Notes under the pieces: generated by a model | Databases searched by the model: none | What the model was told of the DNA's origin: nothing | The model's input: only the letters and a program-made list of their open reading frames with translations | Assembly (NCBI RefSeq): GCF_006345805.1 | Contig: NW_021835960.1 | Span: 62,001 to 126,000, forward strand | Direction: 5' to 3' | DNA length: 64,000 bases | Origin: Octopus sinensis | Taxonomy: Eukaryota | In this document: positions 40,656-54,225 of the stretch, in pieces | Numbering within the stretch: the stretch's first letter is position 1 | How the letters are laid out: each line of letters starts with the position of its first letter | Translations under genes and position numbers: made by a program

Positions 40656-42167
40656 TAAAAATGTTCATAAGCTTTAAACTCAAGTTTTGTTTGAAGTTTG
40701 TAATTTTAATTATACAAGAATTATTTTTAAAGTTTTTCATTGAATTAGATAAACAAAAGTACAGCTTGATAATGATGCATTGCAGATAATGATAACATTG
40801 CCATTTATGTGTCGTACTTAATGCTGTTGACAGGCCAGTTGCTGCAGTATTTGTCCTGAGATAACTTCTCTTATGGACATACTGTGTTGAAAACAAAAAA
40901 TATTGAAGGGGAATGAAAATTAACCCCAGCAGGAACACCAGATTCATTTTGGCCTTTTGGGGCTTTTTCAATGCATTATAATTGCAGTCAGCCACTTGCT
41001 TGGATAAGAATTTGTTGCCTCTGATATAAATAAAAAATTAAATAAAGTATTCACTGATGTTGTGAATTGACCACCCAGCTGATTTACAATTGAGGCAGTT
41101 ATTTGTTTTTCTCTTTTTCTTTTTTTTTTTAACTGTGTGTTTACGAAGTACAGAAGGTAATTTTATACTATATTCTCTTTTGTGAAGTTATTAAAATTTG
41201 AAGCACAAATGTTACAGTTAGTAATATGATGTTGAAATGCTTAAAAAACAAAACAATGTAACAATACGATTTTAACTATTAATACAGTCTTATGTTTCAC
41301 TAGCCGGAAAAAACTACCTGAATACATTTCAGTTGTAATTGGCAAATGTTGTAGAATGGCAGTAAGCTTACTAAATTAAGTCCAAGCCATAACCTAGATT
41401 CACTCGCTGGTTGTTAGGAATACAGCTTACATGCTGAAGCAAGCTGATGCTGATTAATCCAAATGCATTTTCATACTCAGATTTCATTGCTTGACATCTT
41501 GGAGTGCAACTTCCCTGGACTGATAAACAGGAAGCCCTTATTTTGAACTTGACTTTGTGCAGTGTACTAGTGTAGTACATTGTATATGAGATTTATGTGT
41601 CTTATACTAGAATCATATATGAAGGTTAGCCTAGTTTTCAATGTCCCCCTCTTTTCTAGTTCATTTGAACAGTCTGTAATTAATAATTCATTAATGCTAA
41701 GGTGGCGAGCTGACAGTCATTAGCATGCCAAGCAAATACGTAGCAACATTTGTACATTTTTAACTTCTGGGTTCACATTCCGCCAAGGTTGACTTTGCCT
41801 TTCATCCTTTGGAGGTCAATGAAATAAATACCAGTTGAATACTGGGGTCAGTGTAATAAATACCAGTTGAATACTGGGGTCAATGTAATAAATTACCGCA
41901 CCCCTGAAATTGTTAGCCTTGCATTAGAAATTGAAGCTGATAATTCGTTAAAGCTTTCCGTCCACATCTCACATTAATTTACCCTTCCCACACCCCAAGA
42001 ACCAAACTACATCTCATTGTAAACTATGCTTATCTCACCCCCTTCCCCCTTGTTCCTGCAGCCCAATTCCATCTTGTCATCTCTCTCTGTCTCTTGTCTC
42101 CCCACTTGCCAAACTGTATCATTGCTATCTTGCTGCTTGCCACACACCCCTCAACTTACTCACCCCA

Positions 42168-42249
<82 letters not shown>

Positions 42250-42266
<17 letters not shown>

Positions 42267-42480
42267 TTGTGTGTCTGTTTGTTCCCCTAGCATTGCTTGA
42301 CAACCGATGCTGGTGTGTTTACGTCCCCGTCACTTAGCAGTTCGGCAAAAAGAGGCCGATAGAATAAGTACTGGGCTTACAAAAAGAATAAGTCCCGGGG
42401 TCGAGTTGCTTGACTAAAGGCGGTGCTCCAGCATGCCCGCAGGTCAAATGACTGAAACAAGTAAAAGAGAAAGTAAAGAG
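42250..42480 (+). mobile_element. SINE family A, 3' half
   Basis: cttgacaaccgatgctggtgtgtttacgtcccc through the tail. Confidence 0.85.
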
Positions 42481-42514
<34 letters not shown>

Positions 42515-43825
42515 AATATTATTAGAGACAAAACCACTATTTTTTTACTATAAAATTGGATTTAATCCTAAATCTGATTTTTTCCCTGTAAATTGGATTT
42601 ATTCCCTAATATTTATTATTATATATATATATATATATATATATACATACACACACACACACACACCTGTGTTCACTACTCACTGCATTCCCTTCCCTTC
42701 TATCTGCCTCTCTCCTTTTGCACTCTTTTGAGCTCTCTGCACACTCACCCAGTCTAGTCCTCTTTACCACTTCACTTACATTCACCTCCCTATTTTCCTG
42801 TACCTTGAGGGTACACCCAGGGCCGTTGCTAAGCCCCTGCAACCCCTGCAGTTGCAGGGAGCCTCTGCAGTTGAGCCCCATGTTAAGATCAAAGTACGTA
42901 GATTAGTCATCTATTTATTTTGGTTAAGATGTTGAACAAGAATTAAACTATCTATAGTGACTGAAAATTTCCAAAAATAAAATAGTAATACATTGTACCT
43001 GCAAAAGTTCTTGTAAAAATATTACCTTGTACAACAAACATGTACCAGACTTTGTGGATTGTCTATGATATCTACTGAACACAAACTTAGCTTTCAGCTT
43101 GATTATTCTGAACTGATCAATGATTTCGCTGAGCGAAAAGTGAACTGTGTTTGTCTTTGAAAGTTGCCTGGATTATAAAGGTGCTCTTTTATTCATATCT
43201 GAAAGTTTTATTTGCTGAAATTTGTCATAGACCTAACTAAATTTAACTTGTGCTTTTAAAGATATTATTTTGGATAATGTGAAGTATGAAGGGATGGGGG
43301 CCTCGAAACAAAATGTTGTAGGGGGCTTCTAAAAGTCATGCAACAGAACTGGGTACACCCTGACATATTTTCACGACCATCGACTCTAACTCTCTGTCTG
43401 TCTCTGTCTCTCTCTCTCTCCTCCAACTGGGATAGCCATGTATCTCCCCTGCAGCATGACACCTTATTTTTGTTCTTCTTTCATAGTTTAACCTCTTGTC
43501 ACTTGACACAAAGCTACCTTCCTTAATACTACTTCCTCACTCATTTGAGGAGTCTGTGTCTTGCAAGATTTGGTGAGCTTGCTGATGTTGGAGCCATGTA
43601 AAGTACACCCGGTACACTCTGTAATGTGGTTTGTGTTAAGAAGAGCATTTGACACTAGAATCCTTGCCAAAGCTGACAGTTGAGTTTGGTACAGTCCTCT
43701 GGCTTTCCAGCTCCTGTCAAATTTTCCAACCCATGCCAACGTGGAAAACAGACATCACAATAGTGAAGATGCTTTATACTATAGAAAGTTGCTATAATTT
43801 GTAAATAAAAGTTCATATTCATATA

Positions 43826-44167
43826 AAAGGGTAAAGACCCCCTTGAGTGAAGAATGACTATGGGATTGGGATTACACCTAGAAAGTTCCCCTCCGAGGCA
43901 CAAATCGAGGCAGGGTTGTTTTTATAGAAGACCAGCAGTTGCCCATGCATACCAGCCTCCCCTCTCCACACCACCAATGTTATGCAAGGGAAAGGCAAAG
44001 GCTGATAAAGCTTGGCACATGGCAACTCATTTCTACAGCTGAGTGAACTGGAACAACATGAAATGAAGTGTCTTGCTCAAAAATACAACACACTGCCCAG
44101 TCCAGGAATTGAACTCACTACCTCATGTTTGTGAGCCTGACACCCTAACCACTGAGCCATGCACCCT
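43826..44167 (-). mobile_element. SINE family C, tail type 1
   Basis: Head and core as in family C; this tail is also seen in + orientation at about 226-420. Confidence 0.8.
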
Positions 44168-44673
44168 CAAGATAACAAGGAGAATAACAGCTTCAGCTAT
44201 TATTGTAGTTAACATAGTATATTACCAGTGTAGCGCATTGCATACAAAAGTTAAAGCCAAATAGAAAATTCCCTCCTTGCATTTTGTTAGTATCTTCTAT
44301 GGTAAGCTCTACATCAAATGATTCTCTGTTATTTATGTTGTAACCCCGAGTGCAATGATTCATGTAACCTCTGATATTTATGTGTTCGTTTACAAAACTT
44401 TATGCTTCATCTGATGGGGCGGGTGGAGTGGAAACCTGTTAGCTTCTTTATCCGAACAAAATAGCGAGAAAGAGAGAGAGAGAGATAGATAAGTAGATAG
44501 AAACCTTGCTTAATTCAAAGGGGAAAATGGCATTTTCTCTTGAACAAAAAAGAAGCAAAAAGTGGGGGAGTATATTATTTAAACTTATACAGATGTTATT
44601 TCAAAAGCAACAGAAGCAGTACTCAAATATCATTGAAATAACCTAACAGTTCCCAATAGAGATTTATTAAACT

Positions 44674-44840
44674 AGGTGTAGTCATGGCTGTGTGGTTAAG
44701 ATGTTTGCTTCCCAACCACATGGTTTTAGGCTCGATCCCACTGTGTGGAAACCTAGGCAAGTGTCTTCAAATATAACCCTGGGCTAATCAAAGACTTGTG
44801 AGTTGGATTTGGTTGAAAGAAACTGAAAGAAGCTTGTCTT
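44674..44840 (+). mobile_element. SINE family A, 5' half
   Basis: Head and CORE-like segment. Confidence 0.85.
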
Positions 44841-44852
44841 ATATAATGTATA

Positions 44853-45264
44853 CTCTTTTACTTGTTTCAGTCATTTGACTGCGGCCATGCTGGTGCACAG
44901 CCTTTAGTCGAGCAAATCGACCCCAGGGTTTATTCTTTTTAAGCCTAGTACTTATTCTATCGGTCTCTTTTTGCTGAACCGCTATGTTATGGGGTCGTAA
45001 ACACACCAGCATCAGTTGTCAAGTGATGGTAAGAGGGGGGGACAAACAGACACACAAACATATACACACACATACATAGATATATATATATATACATATA
45101 TACGATGGGCTTCTTTCAGTTTCCATCTACCAAATCCACTCACAAGGCTTTGGTCGGCCTGAGGCTATAGTAGAAGGCTTGCCCAAGGTGCCACAGAGTG
45201 GGACTGAACCCGGAACTATGTGGTTGGTAAGCTAGCTACTTACCACACAGCCACTCCTGCACCT
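44853..45264 (-). mobile_element. SINE family A, full length
   Basis: Near-consensus copy. Confidence 0.9.
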
Positions 45265-46321
45265 ATACTGTATATATATATATATATATATTTAATGTAT
45301 ATAATATGTATATATTTGTGTATGTGTGTGAGAGTGTGTGCATGTTTGTGTTTCCTTGTCTTGACATAATCCAATAGTCAGAAATGAGTGTCACTGTTTT
45401 ACAGGCAGTGTCAACCAGTTCTAATATTCTACGGAAAGATCTCTGGTCATGGGGAAATATCACTTTGCTTGGAAATAGATGAGGGCTTGGCATCGAGAGA
45501 AGAGCCTGAACATAGTAAAATTGCCTCAATAAACTCTGTCTCACCCATGCAAACATGGAAAAGTGGATGTTAAGGGGGAAATGATGATGACGACATGGGG
45601 GAAATGATGACGATGACAACAACGATGATAGGGCAGAGGAGAACAACAACTTTGAAGTTTCAGAGATTAAAGAAACTACATAATGAACTCATTTAGAAAT
45701 TGAGTACACAAATATTCTGGCAATATTGTGTCTGAGTGAATAAGGGAGCCTTTATGTGAACTCTGAATATGCTAGAAACAACAGCCAAATCTCCTATAAA
45801 TTACACCTTGTCATTTTGGAAAAAAATGGAAGATATGTTGGTTAATGTAATCTGAAAGACACTATAATTGAAAGTAAGATAGCTGGTCATGGCTGGAACA
45901 CATTTAATCATAGATTTGTTTGACCAATGTTGACCTACAGCTTCAGCTCAGATGCTGTTGTCGATACTGTAGCATGATTTACCATTTGTATCATCCACAG
46001 TGTTATGTTTGAGTTGTGTTACAATATACACACTGAACACGACATGGTTGGTGTTATTTCTGCTTTTGATTGTGTGAACATTCATGAAAATGTTTGGTGG
46101 ACAGGGACCCCTTTTCTTCATCAGTTGTTGGTTAGCCCCAGGTCAGTTCTGACTGAGCAAACCTATAATGAAAAGCATTGCTATCATGATCATCCTGTCC
46201 CCTTCTCTGGCATTACTTTTCTGTGATTAAATCATCCAATGTTTTCCATCTTTTTAGGTGGACATGGTGTAACTTGAGGGGAGATTTGGCTACTATTTCT
46301 TGTCAGTTGAGCAACTACATA

Positions 46322-46388
<67 letters not shown>

Positions 46389-47305
46389 GTATATGTGTGT
46401 GTATGTATATATGTATGTATCTATATGTATATATGTGTGTGTGTATGTATATGTATATATGTATATTTATGTATATGTGTATGTATTTGGGCCCACAATC
46501 GCCTATATTATTGATTCTGTTATTATCATTTTTAATTGTTACACTAGATAATAATAGAGTCAATAATATCTTTGCTAGTATTTTCTCCTGAATTATTTGC
46601 TTCGTATTGATATATATAGATATACGTATGTATATATTTATATATCTGTGTGTGTGTATATATATATTTATATATATATATCTTTAGCCAGGCAGGTACC
46701 GTAATCGCTCTCAGGTATACTCCAGGTTTTGGTTTACTGCATCAAGTGGTAACAGACATCAGTGATAGCTTAGTATGAGCAATCCTGCTGTAATTCTTCT
46801 GATAGGTAACTTCGGGTTCATTTTGCTGGGTTATGAATATTATCAGGAGTGCAAATTTCAAACAACTACAAAAAATACGGAGACTGGTCCATCTTTAAAG
46901 TTTTCTTTTAATATTCCAGTTGGTCATACAGTATAGTTAGTTGGTTGTACTTATACTGTATGACCAACTTTGAAAATCAACCAGCCTGCATATTCTTTGT
47001 AGTTCATTGATGTTGAAACACACCTGTTGTTATGTCCTGTTATTATTTTTATTGTATTTGTGTTACATTGTCCGTTTTTATCTGTCCTTGCTTTTGTATA
47101 CATTCGTTGCTTTCTTCCAAGGAATCTAATGCTCTTAGCTTAGTTTTTCCTTGGGGCTAGCCAGATTGGAGCAATCTCGAGTATGATTAGCCAAAATTGC
47201 AAAGATAATCTGGTACTCGACTGAGGAAAGAAAACTTCGAATGACCCGTCCTTGTTTTCTTTGTATCATCTATCTGGATATTTTGTTGTCCCGTTTTTGT
47301 ATCAC

Positions 47306-47472
47306 CTAACTGTCCAGATGTTTTGCATTCTTGTCCCATTTTTGTAGCACCTAACTGTCCAGATGTTTTGCATTCTTGTCCCATTTTTGTAGCACCTAAC
47401 TGCCCAGATGTTTTGCATTCTTGTCCCATTTTTGTAGCACCTAACTACCCAGATGTTTTGCATTCTTGTCCC

Positions 47473-47478
<6 letters not shown>
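47306..47478. repeat. 45-bp tandem repeat, about 3.8 copies
   Basis: ctaactgyccagatgttttgcattcttgtcccatttttgtagcac. Confidence 0.95.
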
Positions 47479-47511
<33 letters not shown>

Positions 47512-48056
47512 CACTGAAAAAGTAGATAAATTGGTATTTATTCTGTTTGAGTTTCACATAGACTTGCTTGTTGTTCTCACCATTGGAAATGGAGTTAATC
47601 AGTAATTAACCTGTTGGAAATCAATGAACAACAGCACTATTGTTCATAAAATTCATGATGTAAAAATAAATAAATAAATAAATAACCAACACAGATTGTA
47701 TTGTAGTCATTTCTTGAAATAAATCTCAATAAGTGCGATGTTATGATGTGCTTCATATCTGTTAATTCTTCATATATATCCAACGTGTGCATGTGTGTGT
47801 ATATGGGGTAGGGGTGGGGGAATGATAGTGGAAGAGTGATTTAAATAATATTGGTACTGCAAGCAGAAAAAGGATTATCAACTGCCAGTATGCAGATTAT
47901 TGACAAACGTTCAAAATATTGCTGTTGATTGTCTCATTTGCAATAACACAATGTTAAATTACCATAATGCTTTGTGGATTAATTCATTGGAACTTGTGTC
48001 TGAATAATAACCTTCTAACAGGATTAGTTCTAACAACAATAGTTATGTTAGTACTG

Positions 48057-48280
48057 TACGAGAGAGTGCAAAAAAGTTCCTGGCTTTGGATAAAAGAAAA
48101 TACAGGTAGATCAGTTAATTATGATCCTATTCAACATATTCCCCTCTCAGATTCACACACTTATTGCAGTGGCCCTTCAGTTTTTCTAAGCCCTGTAATA
48201 GAACTTGGAAGGTTGGGCCTCCAACCAGGCCTTTCGCAATACCCTTAAAATCAGGATCTTTTCAGCACACACCCCTTATA
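48057..48280. mobile_element. Tc1/mariner-type MITE
   Basis: TA|CGAGAGAGTGCAAAAAAGTTCCTGGCTTT ... degenerate inverse TIR ending cccctta|TA; second copy at 53418. Confidence 0.8.
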
Positions 48281-48674
48281 TATTCAAATCTAGGATTACT
48301 ATCGTTTTATAATTCTAAGATATTCAATGCAATAACTGTTCTAATTTTTGGAGGGTGGTGGGATGTCTTCATATGTTTTAAGGTTTTGGAATCTTTGCTT
48401 AAACAATCTGCTAGACTTGTAACCCAAATAGTCAATAGAATGTTAGGAATAATGGTGGCAGCAATAGGAACTTTTTCCCCTGCATGATATCGCCTTACCC
48501 ATTCCAGTTGTAACTTCTTAATAGGTAGGTAACTGTGTGGCTACATGGACAGCAGCTGTTTTGTGTTATAAGCAATATATTACAATTCTTTTGGGGCTAT
48601 TAATCTCATCTTCGAATGAGGTTAATATTTTAATATTTTTTCTTCTTTCCATTTTGTGCTTAGGTGGCTCATAA

Positions 48675-48746
<72 letters not shown>

Positions 48747-49607
48747 AGTTGCCTTTCAATGATTGTTGTTTGCACTTGGTTCTATCCATCCTTTTCTAGG
48801 TTAGGAACCATTGCCCCTGCAAAATGTTGTGGATTCCTCTGAAGTTTCTGTAATCAGAAGCTATTTTCCAGGGTCAGGTGATTAGATTAGCCCAATGTCC
48901 AACTTTCAAGAGCTGAAAAGGAATTGGTTTTTTTGTCAAGGTCTTCTACCATGTGCAAGACTGTGTCCATCATGCCCTGGTCCCAAGGGAATGCCTACAA
49001 TGATGTGGTGTGGAGGTTTAACTACAAAGTTCACCCCCACACACACAAATTTAGGGATGCACTGACCACTCTAAACTAGGCCCTCTTAGCTGAACTTTTT
49101 TATATTTACATCTACAATACTTTGTTTTGTATTGCTTTAGACTATTACTGTTTCAAAGAGATCAAACTTTTATTGACTTTCCTAGTTCCAGGGTGTATTG
49201 AGGGAGCATAGCATGTAATTTCCTGTGGCCCCACACATTCCATATTTAAAGACTGGTAATCAACACCGAAAGTAAATGGACACACTCATCGATTTTGTAA
49301 TTCACTCAATACTTACAACTAGTTAGCTGTACCTGATCATGAAACCTATTTACAGTTATATGAAAGGAGTAAATAAGTAATAACAGCAAAAGATTTGCAA
49401 ATCAATAAAAGGCTGAAAAATCAAAATTATTGAAGTGTGAGTCAGCCTTGCACTTGTAACAGAACTCATACAGCAACACCAGATTGGATGCCAGTGCTGA
49501 TTTTTAACTTGGACACTAGTCTTCTAGAGTCAGATGATTATGGCACTTAAGTTGAGGCGCAAGAATATAGTATGGTATTATCCATACAATTTCAAATAAA
49601 GTGATTA

Positions 49608-49849
49608 TAATCAAAATAAGCAACAAGGATATCCAGAGGTAATGCAGTGCGATCATTTCATGTGACTCCATTTAATTGAACAATGCAAACATTGTGTCCT
49701 TCAAATTTAATTAAATTCTGTTTTTTGTGCAGCTGAAGATTGGTCTACATTTTAAATTGATGTAATGTTTACATTGTTCAATTAAATGGAGTCACATGAA
49801 ACGATTGTACTGTATTACGTCTGGATATCCTTGTTGCTTATTTTGATTA
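49608..49849. mobile_element. Foldback/MITE with about 85 bp inverted arms
   Basis: 49608-49693 is the reverse complement of 49764-49849, with few mismatches. Confidence 0.88.
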
Positions 49850-49954
49850 CACACATACACACATATATATATATATATATATAGGGAGAGAGAGAGAGAG
49901 AGAGATTTGTGCGTGCTTGTGTGAATATATACATACATATATATATATATATAT

Positions 49955-50370
49955 CATCATCATCGTTTAACGTCCGTTTTCCATCCTGGCATGGGTTGGA
50001 CAGTTTGACTGAGGACTAGCAAGCCAGCAGGCTGCACTAGGCACTAATCTGACATGGCACGGTTTCTACAGCAGGATGCTCTTCCTAACATTAACCACTC
50101 CGAGAGTGTAGTGGGTGCTTTTTACGTGCTACTTGCATGGGAGTTAGTAAGGTGGCACTGGCATCAACAACATTTGGATGGTGCTTTTTACATGCCACCG
50201 GCTTCGACCCATGCTTGAATGGTGCTTATTATGTACCACCAGCACAGGTGCCAGTCAGGTGGCACTGGCATTGACCACGACTACAATTTCACTTGACTCA
50301 ACAAGTCTTCTCAAGCACAGGGTGTCGCCCAGCAATTCAAGGGTACTTTTAAACGGGCTGGTTATGTGAC
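49955..50370 (-). mobile_element. RTE 3' UTR fragment
   Basis: catcatcatcgtttaacgtccgttttccat..ggatgctcttcctaac. Confidence 0.8.
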
Positions 50371-50381
50371 ACTGGTGTGTG

Positions 50382-50419
<38 letters not shown>

Positions 50420-50985
50420 TCTGCACCACTGGATACTCCTGAACCAGTTTTTGTGTGTCCCATAAGAGGAGTCAATGCTAGATGTGTCAAAACAATTGTT
50501 GTGATTAATAATATATTCTCGTATATTCCATCTTCTGTCTTTCATTTGTTTTATATATATATATATGTGTGTAATCATTGTCTCAACATCCATTTTTTCA
50601 TCTTGCCTGGGTAGATGAAATTTATTGAGACAGATTTTCTATGGCCAGGTGACCTTTCTGTCACTACTCTTCACCTGTTTCCAAGCAAGGTAATATTACC
50701 CCATGTCCAGGCTTGTTTTCACAGAATATCAGAAATGAATGACATTTATTCACAGCAATTATATGATGTCAGGACAAGGAGAGAGAGACACGCACACACA
50801 TACAACAGGCTTCTTTCAGTTTCCGTCTACCATATCCATTCACAAGGCTTTGGTGAGTCTGGAGCTATTATAGAAGACACTTGTCTAAGGTGCCATGCAG
50901 TGGGACTGAACCAGAGACCATGTAGACAAGCAGCATACTTCTAAACCACACCACACCACCATGTTTTTATGTATATTTTCTTTAG

Positions 50986-51205
50986 CCCTTTAGCATTGAA
51001 ACTGACCATATCTGGCCAAAATATTCTTTCTGTTTTACCTTTAAAACAGCAAGATCTATCGTCTTATACCTATCCTACAACGACATCTTAAAAATAAACA
51101 ATCACATCATTGAAACAGCAAATCTATGAGATAATGCATAATCAGTTCAAAAGAATGCAAATAAATAAGCATTATATTTGACTATGTAATCTGAATACCA
51201 AAGGG
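50986..51205. mobile_element. piggyBac-like MITE
   Basis: ttag|CCCTTTAGCATT ... ATACCAAAGGG|ttaa. Confidence 0.75.
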
Positions 51206-51625
51206 TTAAGAGACGTAATTAATTTTATCAACTCCATTACTTAATTGGGAGTTTATTTTATTGACATTAGAAGAATGAAAAGCAAAATTTTTGTTGGTAG
51301 GATTTAAACTCAGAAAGTTACTGCTTACCCCAAGGTATTTTTGATGTTCTAGTTTTCCTGCCAATTCATCATCATTGAAATATTAAAACATTTTTCATCT
51401 CTGAAGATGAGATTAATAGCCTGAAATATTTATAATTGTATTAACAATAACTTATTATCTCAGGCATTTAGATATTTTATCAAGCAGTATTTGTTCTTTT
51501 ATCTCTATTTACCTTCCTCCACCTCATGTGCTTTTGTTATTTCTGATCTCTTTTTTATCTTATTTTATTATTTTATGTTTTTACCCTTTTCTATATAAAT
51601 TATGCTGCCAACTTTATATTTCCAG

Positions 51626-51799
51626 GCATGGAACTGTATTATTGAAGAAACAGAAAAACTTGTAAATCATGTCCGAAAAAATGTCGATGAACTCAGCTCA
51701 AAAACATTAAAAGCTTTGGGAAATTTGATACTCGAGAAGAAATCAGCTAAGAAGTCTTACATAGAAGAAAGGATCTATCTTGATGAAGAATTACTGAAG
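51626..51799 (+). CDS. FER: Fer/Fes kinase, coding exon 2 (F-BAR)
   Basis: ttatatttccag|GCA TGG ... CTG AAG|gtaaat. Encodes AWNCIIEETEKLVNHVRKNVDELSSKTLKALGNLILEKKSAKKSYIEERIYLDEELLK, which resembles FER [23 protein letters not shown]...KKSY...EAEMIK. 174 nt, phase 0/0. Confidence 0.93.
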
Positions 51800-52008
51800 G
51801 TAAATTTCTAATCATTAGAGTGTTTTTTAAATATTCTACAATTTTGATTTCTAAATTTGACATCAATTTGAGGATGGGATATCTTTTAATGTGGTGGTGT
51901 CCCTCTTGATCAATGTAAACCCCATCTGTTTTTGTTTATTTGGTGGGTTGTAACTTGTCCTTTCATATTGTTCTCATGTCTTGGACTCTTGTGGCCAATA
52001 AAAGAAAC

Positions 52009-52053
<45 letters not shown>

Positions 52054-52202
52054 CATTATTATTGTCATTATTATTATTATTATGAGAGAGAGCAACATAT
52101 GTTATCAAAGTGACCCTGGGGTACAAATGTACAAAGCCCAATATACTCATCATGACTATCCGTCTGTTAAGGGTACACTAGGCACATGCATCCCAACCAT
52201 GT

Positions 52203-52575
52203 GTTCACTGCAAAATCCTTGAGGGTAGTAATATTTTTGCCTTCAACGACTGGCTCAGGATGATGTTCATACAATTAAGCAGGAGTGCTTATTTTGTAGT
52301 GTTTACATGTTTTCCAATGTAAATACTGTCCTATCCTATCATGGTGATGTTTGCATTTGTTTGATGTCAGAACAGGACATTCCGAGAGCAGATGGTCTAT
52401 TGTTTTATCAAATTTATCACACAGTCTGCATTTATGGTCAGAACCATTTTGAAGAACGTTAGCTTGTAGCTGCCGCCAATATGAAACCTTCAGTCTCTGC
52501 TTTCAGTCCTGAGCTTCTCAGCCACTGATGGGTTGTTGCTTGGTCTACATCAGCATTTTGGCTTTGAGGTATATA
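52203..52575 (-). mobile_element. R4/Dong-like non-LTR fragment with CCHC zinc knuckle
   Basis: QNADVDQATTHQWLRSSGLKAETEGFILAA / KCRLCDKFDKTIDHLLSECPVLTS..HHDRIGQYLHWKTCKHYKI..YEHHPEPVVEGK, the region just before the RLE domain of R4-clade elements. Confidence 0.85.
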
Positions 52576-52600
52576 CCCACCACCGCCACCACCACCAGTG

Positions 52601-52835
52601 GAGGCACGTGGCTTAGTGGTTAGGGTGTCAGCATCATGATCGTAAGATTGTGGTTTCGATTCCTGGATCGGACAACACATTGTGTTCTTGAGCAAAACAC
52701 TTCATTTCACGTTGCTCCAGTCCACTCAGCTGGCAAAAATGAGTAACGCAGTGATGGACTGGCATCTCGTCCAGCTGGGGAACACATACACCATAGAAAC
52801 CGGGCCCATGAGCTTGGCTAGGCTTTAAAAGGGCG
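52601..52835 (+). mobile_element. SINE family C, tail type 4
   Basis: gaggcacgtggcttagtggttagggtgtc (A-box) .. ggtttcgattcc (B-box) .. gttcttgagcaaaacac core. Confidence 0.85.
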
Positions 52836-52840
52836 TAATA

Positions 52841-53060
52841 AAGGCAGCAAGCTGACAGAATTGTTAGCACACCGGGCAAAATACTTAGCAGCATTTAGTC
52901 CTTTTATGTTCTGAGTTCAAATTCCACCAAGGTCAACTTTGCCTTTCATCCTTTCAAGGTTGATAAAGTAAGTACTAGTTGAGTACTGGGGTTAATGTTA
53001 TTGATTTTTCCCCCTCCTCTGAGCTTGCTGACCATGTGCCTATGGTAGAAAGGATTATTA
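52841..53060 (+). mobile_element. SINE family B
   Basis: Head and core similarity. Confidence 0.8.
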
Positions 53061-53417
53061 TTATTATCATCATCATCATTATCATCATTATTATTATTAT
53101 TAAAAGTGGTGTGCTGGCAGGATCGTTAGCACCCTGGGCAAAATGCTTACATTAGCAACTGCTACTGCTTTTGTTATCACAATATTATCAATTTTGAAGG
53201 GAGGAGTTAGTTGATACCAACGACCCTAGAACTTGACTAGTATTCTATTTTATCAACCCTAAAAAGATGAAAGGCAAAGTTAACTTCAGTGAGATTTGAA
53301 CTCAGAACATAATGAGCAGTTAGAATGGTTAGAACTTTTAAATTTTTCTTTAGACCCTATCAGGATTCAGCTTTGCCTTTCATTGTACCAGTTTAGTACT
53401 GATCTGATCTAACCACC

Positions 53418-53638
53418 TACAAGTGGGCTCTGGAAAGTTCCTGGCTTTGGGTAAAAGAAAATACAAGAGGATCAGTTAACTATGATTTTATTCAACATAT
53501 TCCCCTCTCAGATTCACACACTCATTGCAGTGATCCTTTAGTTTTTCTAAGCCCTGTAAAAGAACTTGGAAGGTTGGACCTCCAACCAGGCCTTTTGCAA
53601 TACCCTCAAAAGCAGGAATTTTTCAGCAAACCCTCATA
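53418..53638. mobile_element. Tc1/mariner-type MITE, second copy
   Basis: Homologous to 48057-48280; TA at both ends. Confidence 0.8.
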
Positions 53639-54043
53639 CATTCTCCCACTAAATATGTGGCCTTGTACCTATATTAGAAATCATTATTTTATACTGTTAG
53701 ATTTATTATCAAATTTAGCCTTTCATACTTCAGATATTGTTATTGTGCTACCAAGTAAATCTAATGCTGTGGTAGTACAAGCTTCCTCTTTATTTTTTTC
53801 TGTCAAAACTAATACAATTGATTTACTCTATAGAGTAATTATAGCTTGGAAAAAAAATCCTGCTGCTTGGTGTATCAATAAATAATTAATATACCTCTGA
53901 AAAATCCTAGCATACAATGATGGTTGCAATTGATTAACAGAATTATGTTCTACACATGATTAGCTTTCCTCTTCAGGCACAAACAATACTTCAGACCCCC
54001 ATCAATGGCAAACTCTCTTCAAAGCTCACTTGGGACCCACTAT

Positions 54044-54225
54044 CTATCTGGTTGGGTGACTTGCCTGGACCAACACAATTCTTCCATGCCAGTCCTCTTT
54101 TGCAGTCTTCATATCCCTAACTTGATATCCTCCGTCTTCCACAAGTTGACTGATACTTGCTCTTCTTGGTCTGCCAATAATACTTGTATGTCCATGCATG
54201 AGTTTTCAGAGAAGGAGATTACTGG
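54044..54225 (-). mobile_element. Degraded RTE-like ORF C-terminus
   Basis: SNLLL*KLMHGHTSIIGRPRRASISQLVEDGGYQVRDMKTAKEDWHGRIVLVQAS resembles the RTE pattern LLW.P.HG...GRP...DQL..D...AM.DR..W. Confidence 0.6.

Noticed and set aside
47187-47517. 45-bp repeat as a CRISPR array or a 15-aa repeat protein
   Set aside because: Units are contiguous with no unique spacers, the context is eukaryotic, and three frames are open by chance.
52601-52675. tRNA genes at SINE heads
   Set aside because: A- and B-boxes run on into SINE cores, and no complete cloverleaf is evident.
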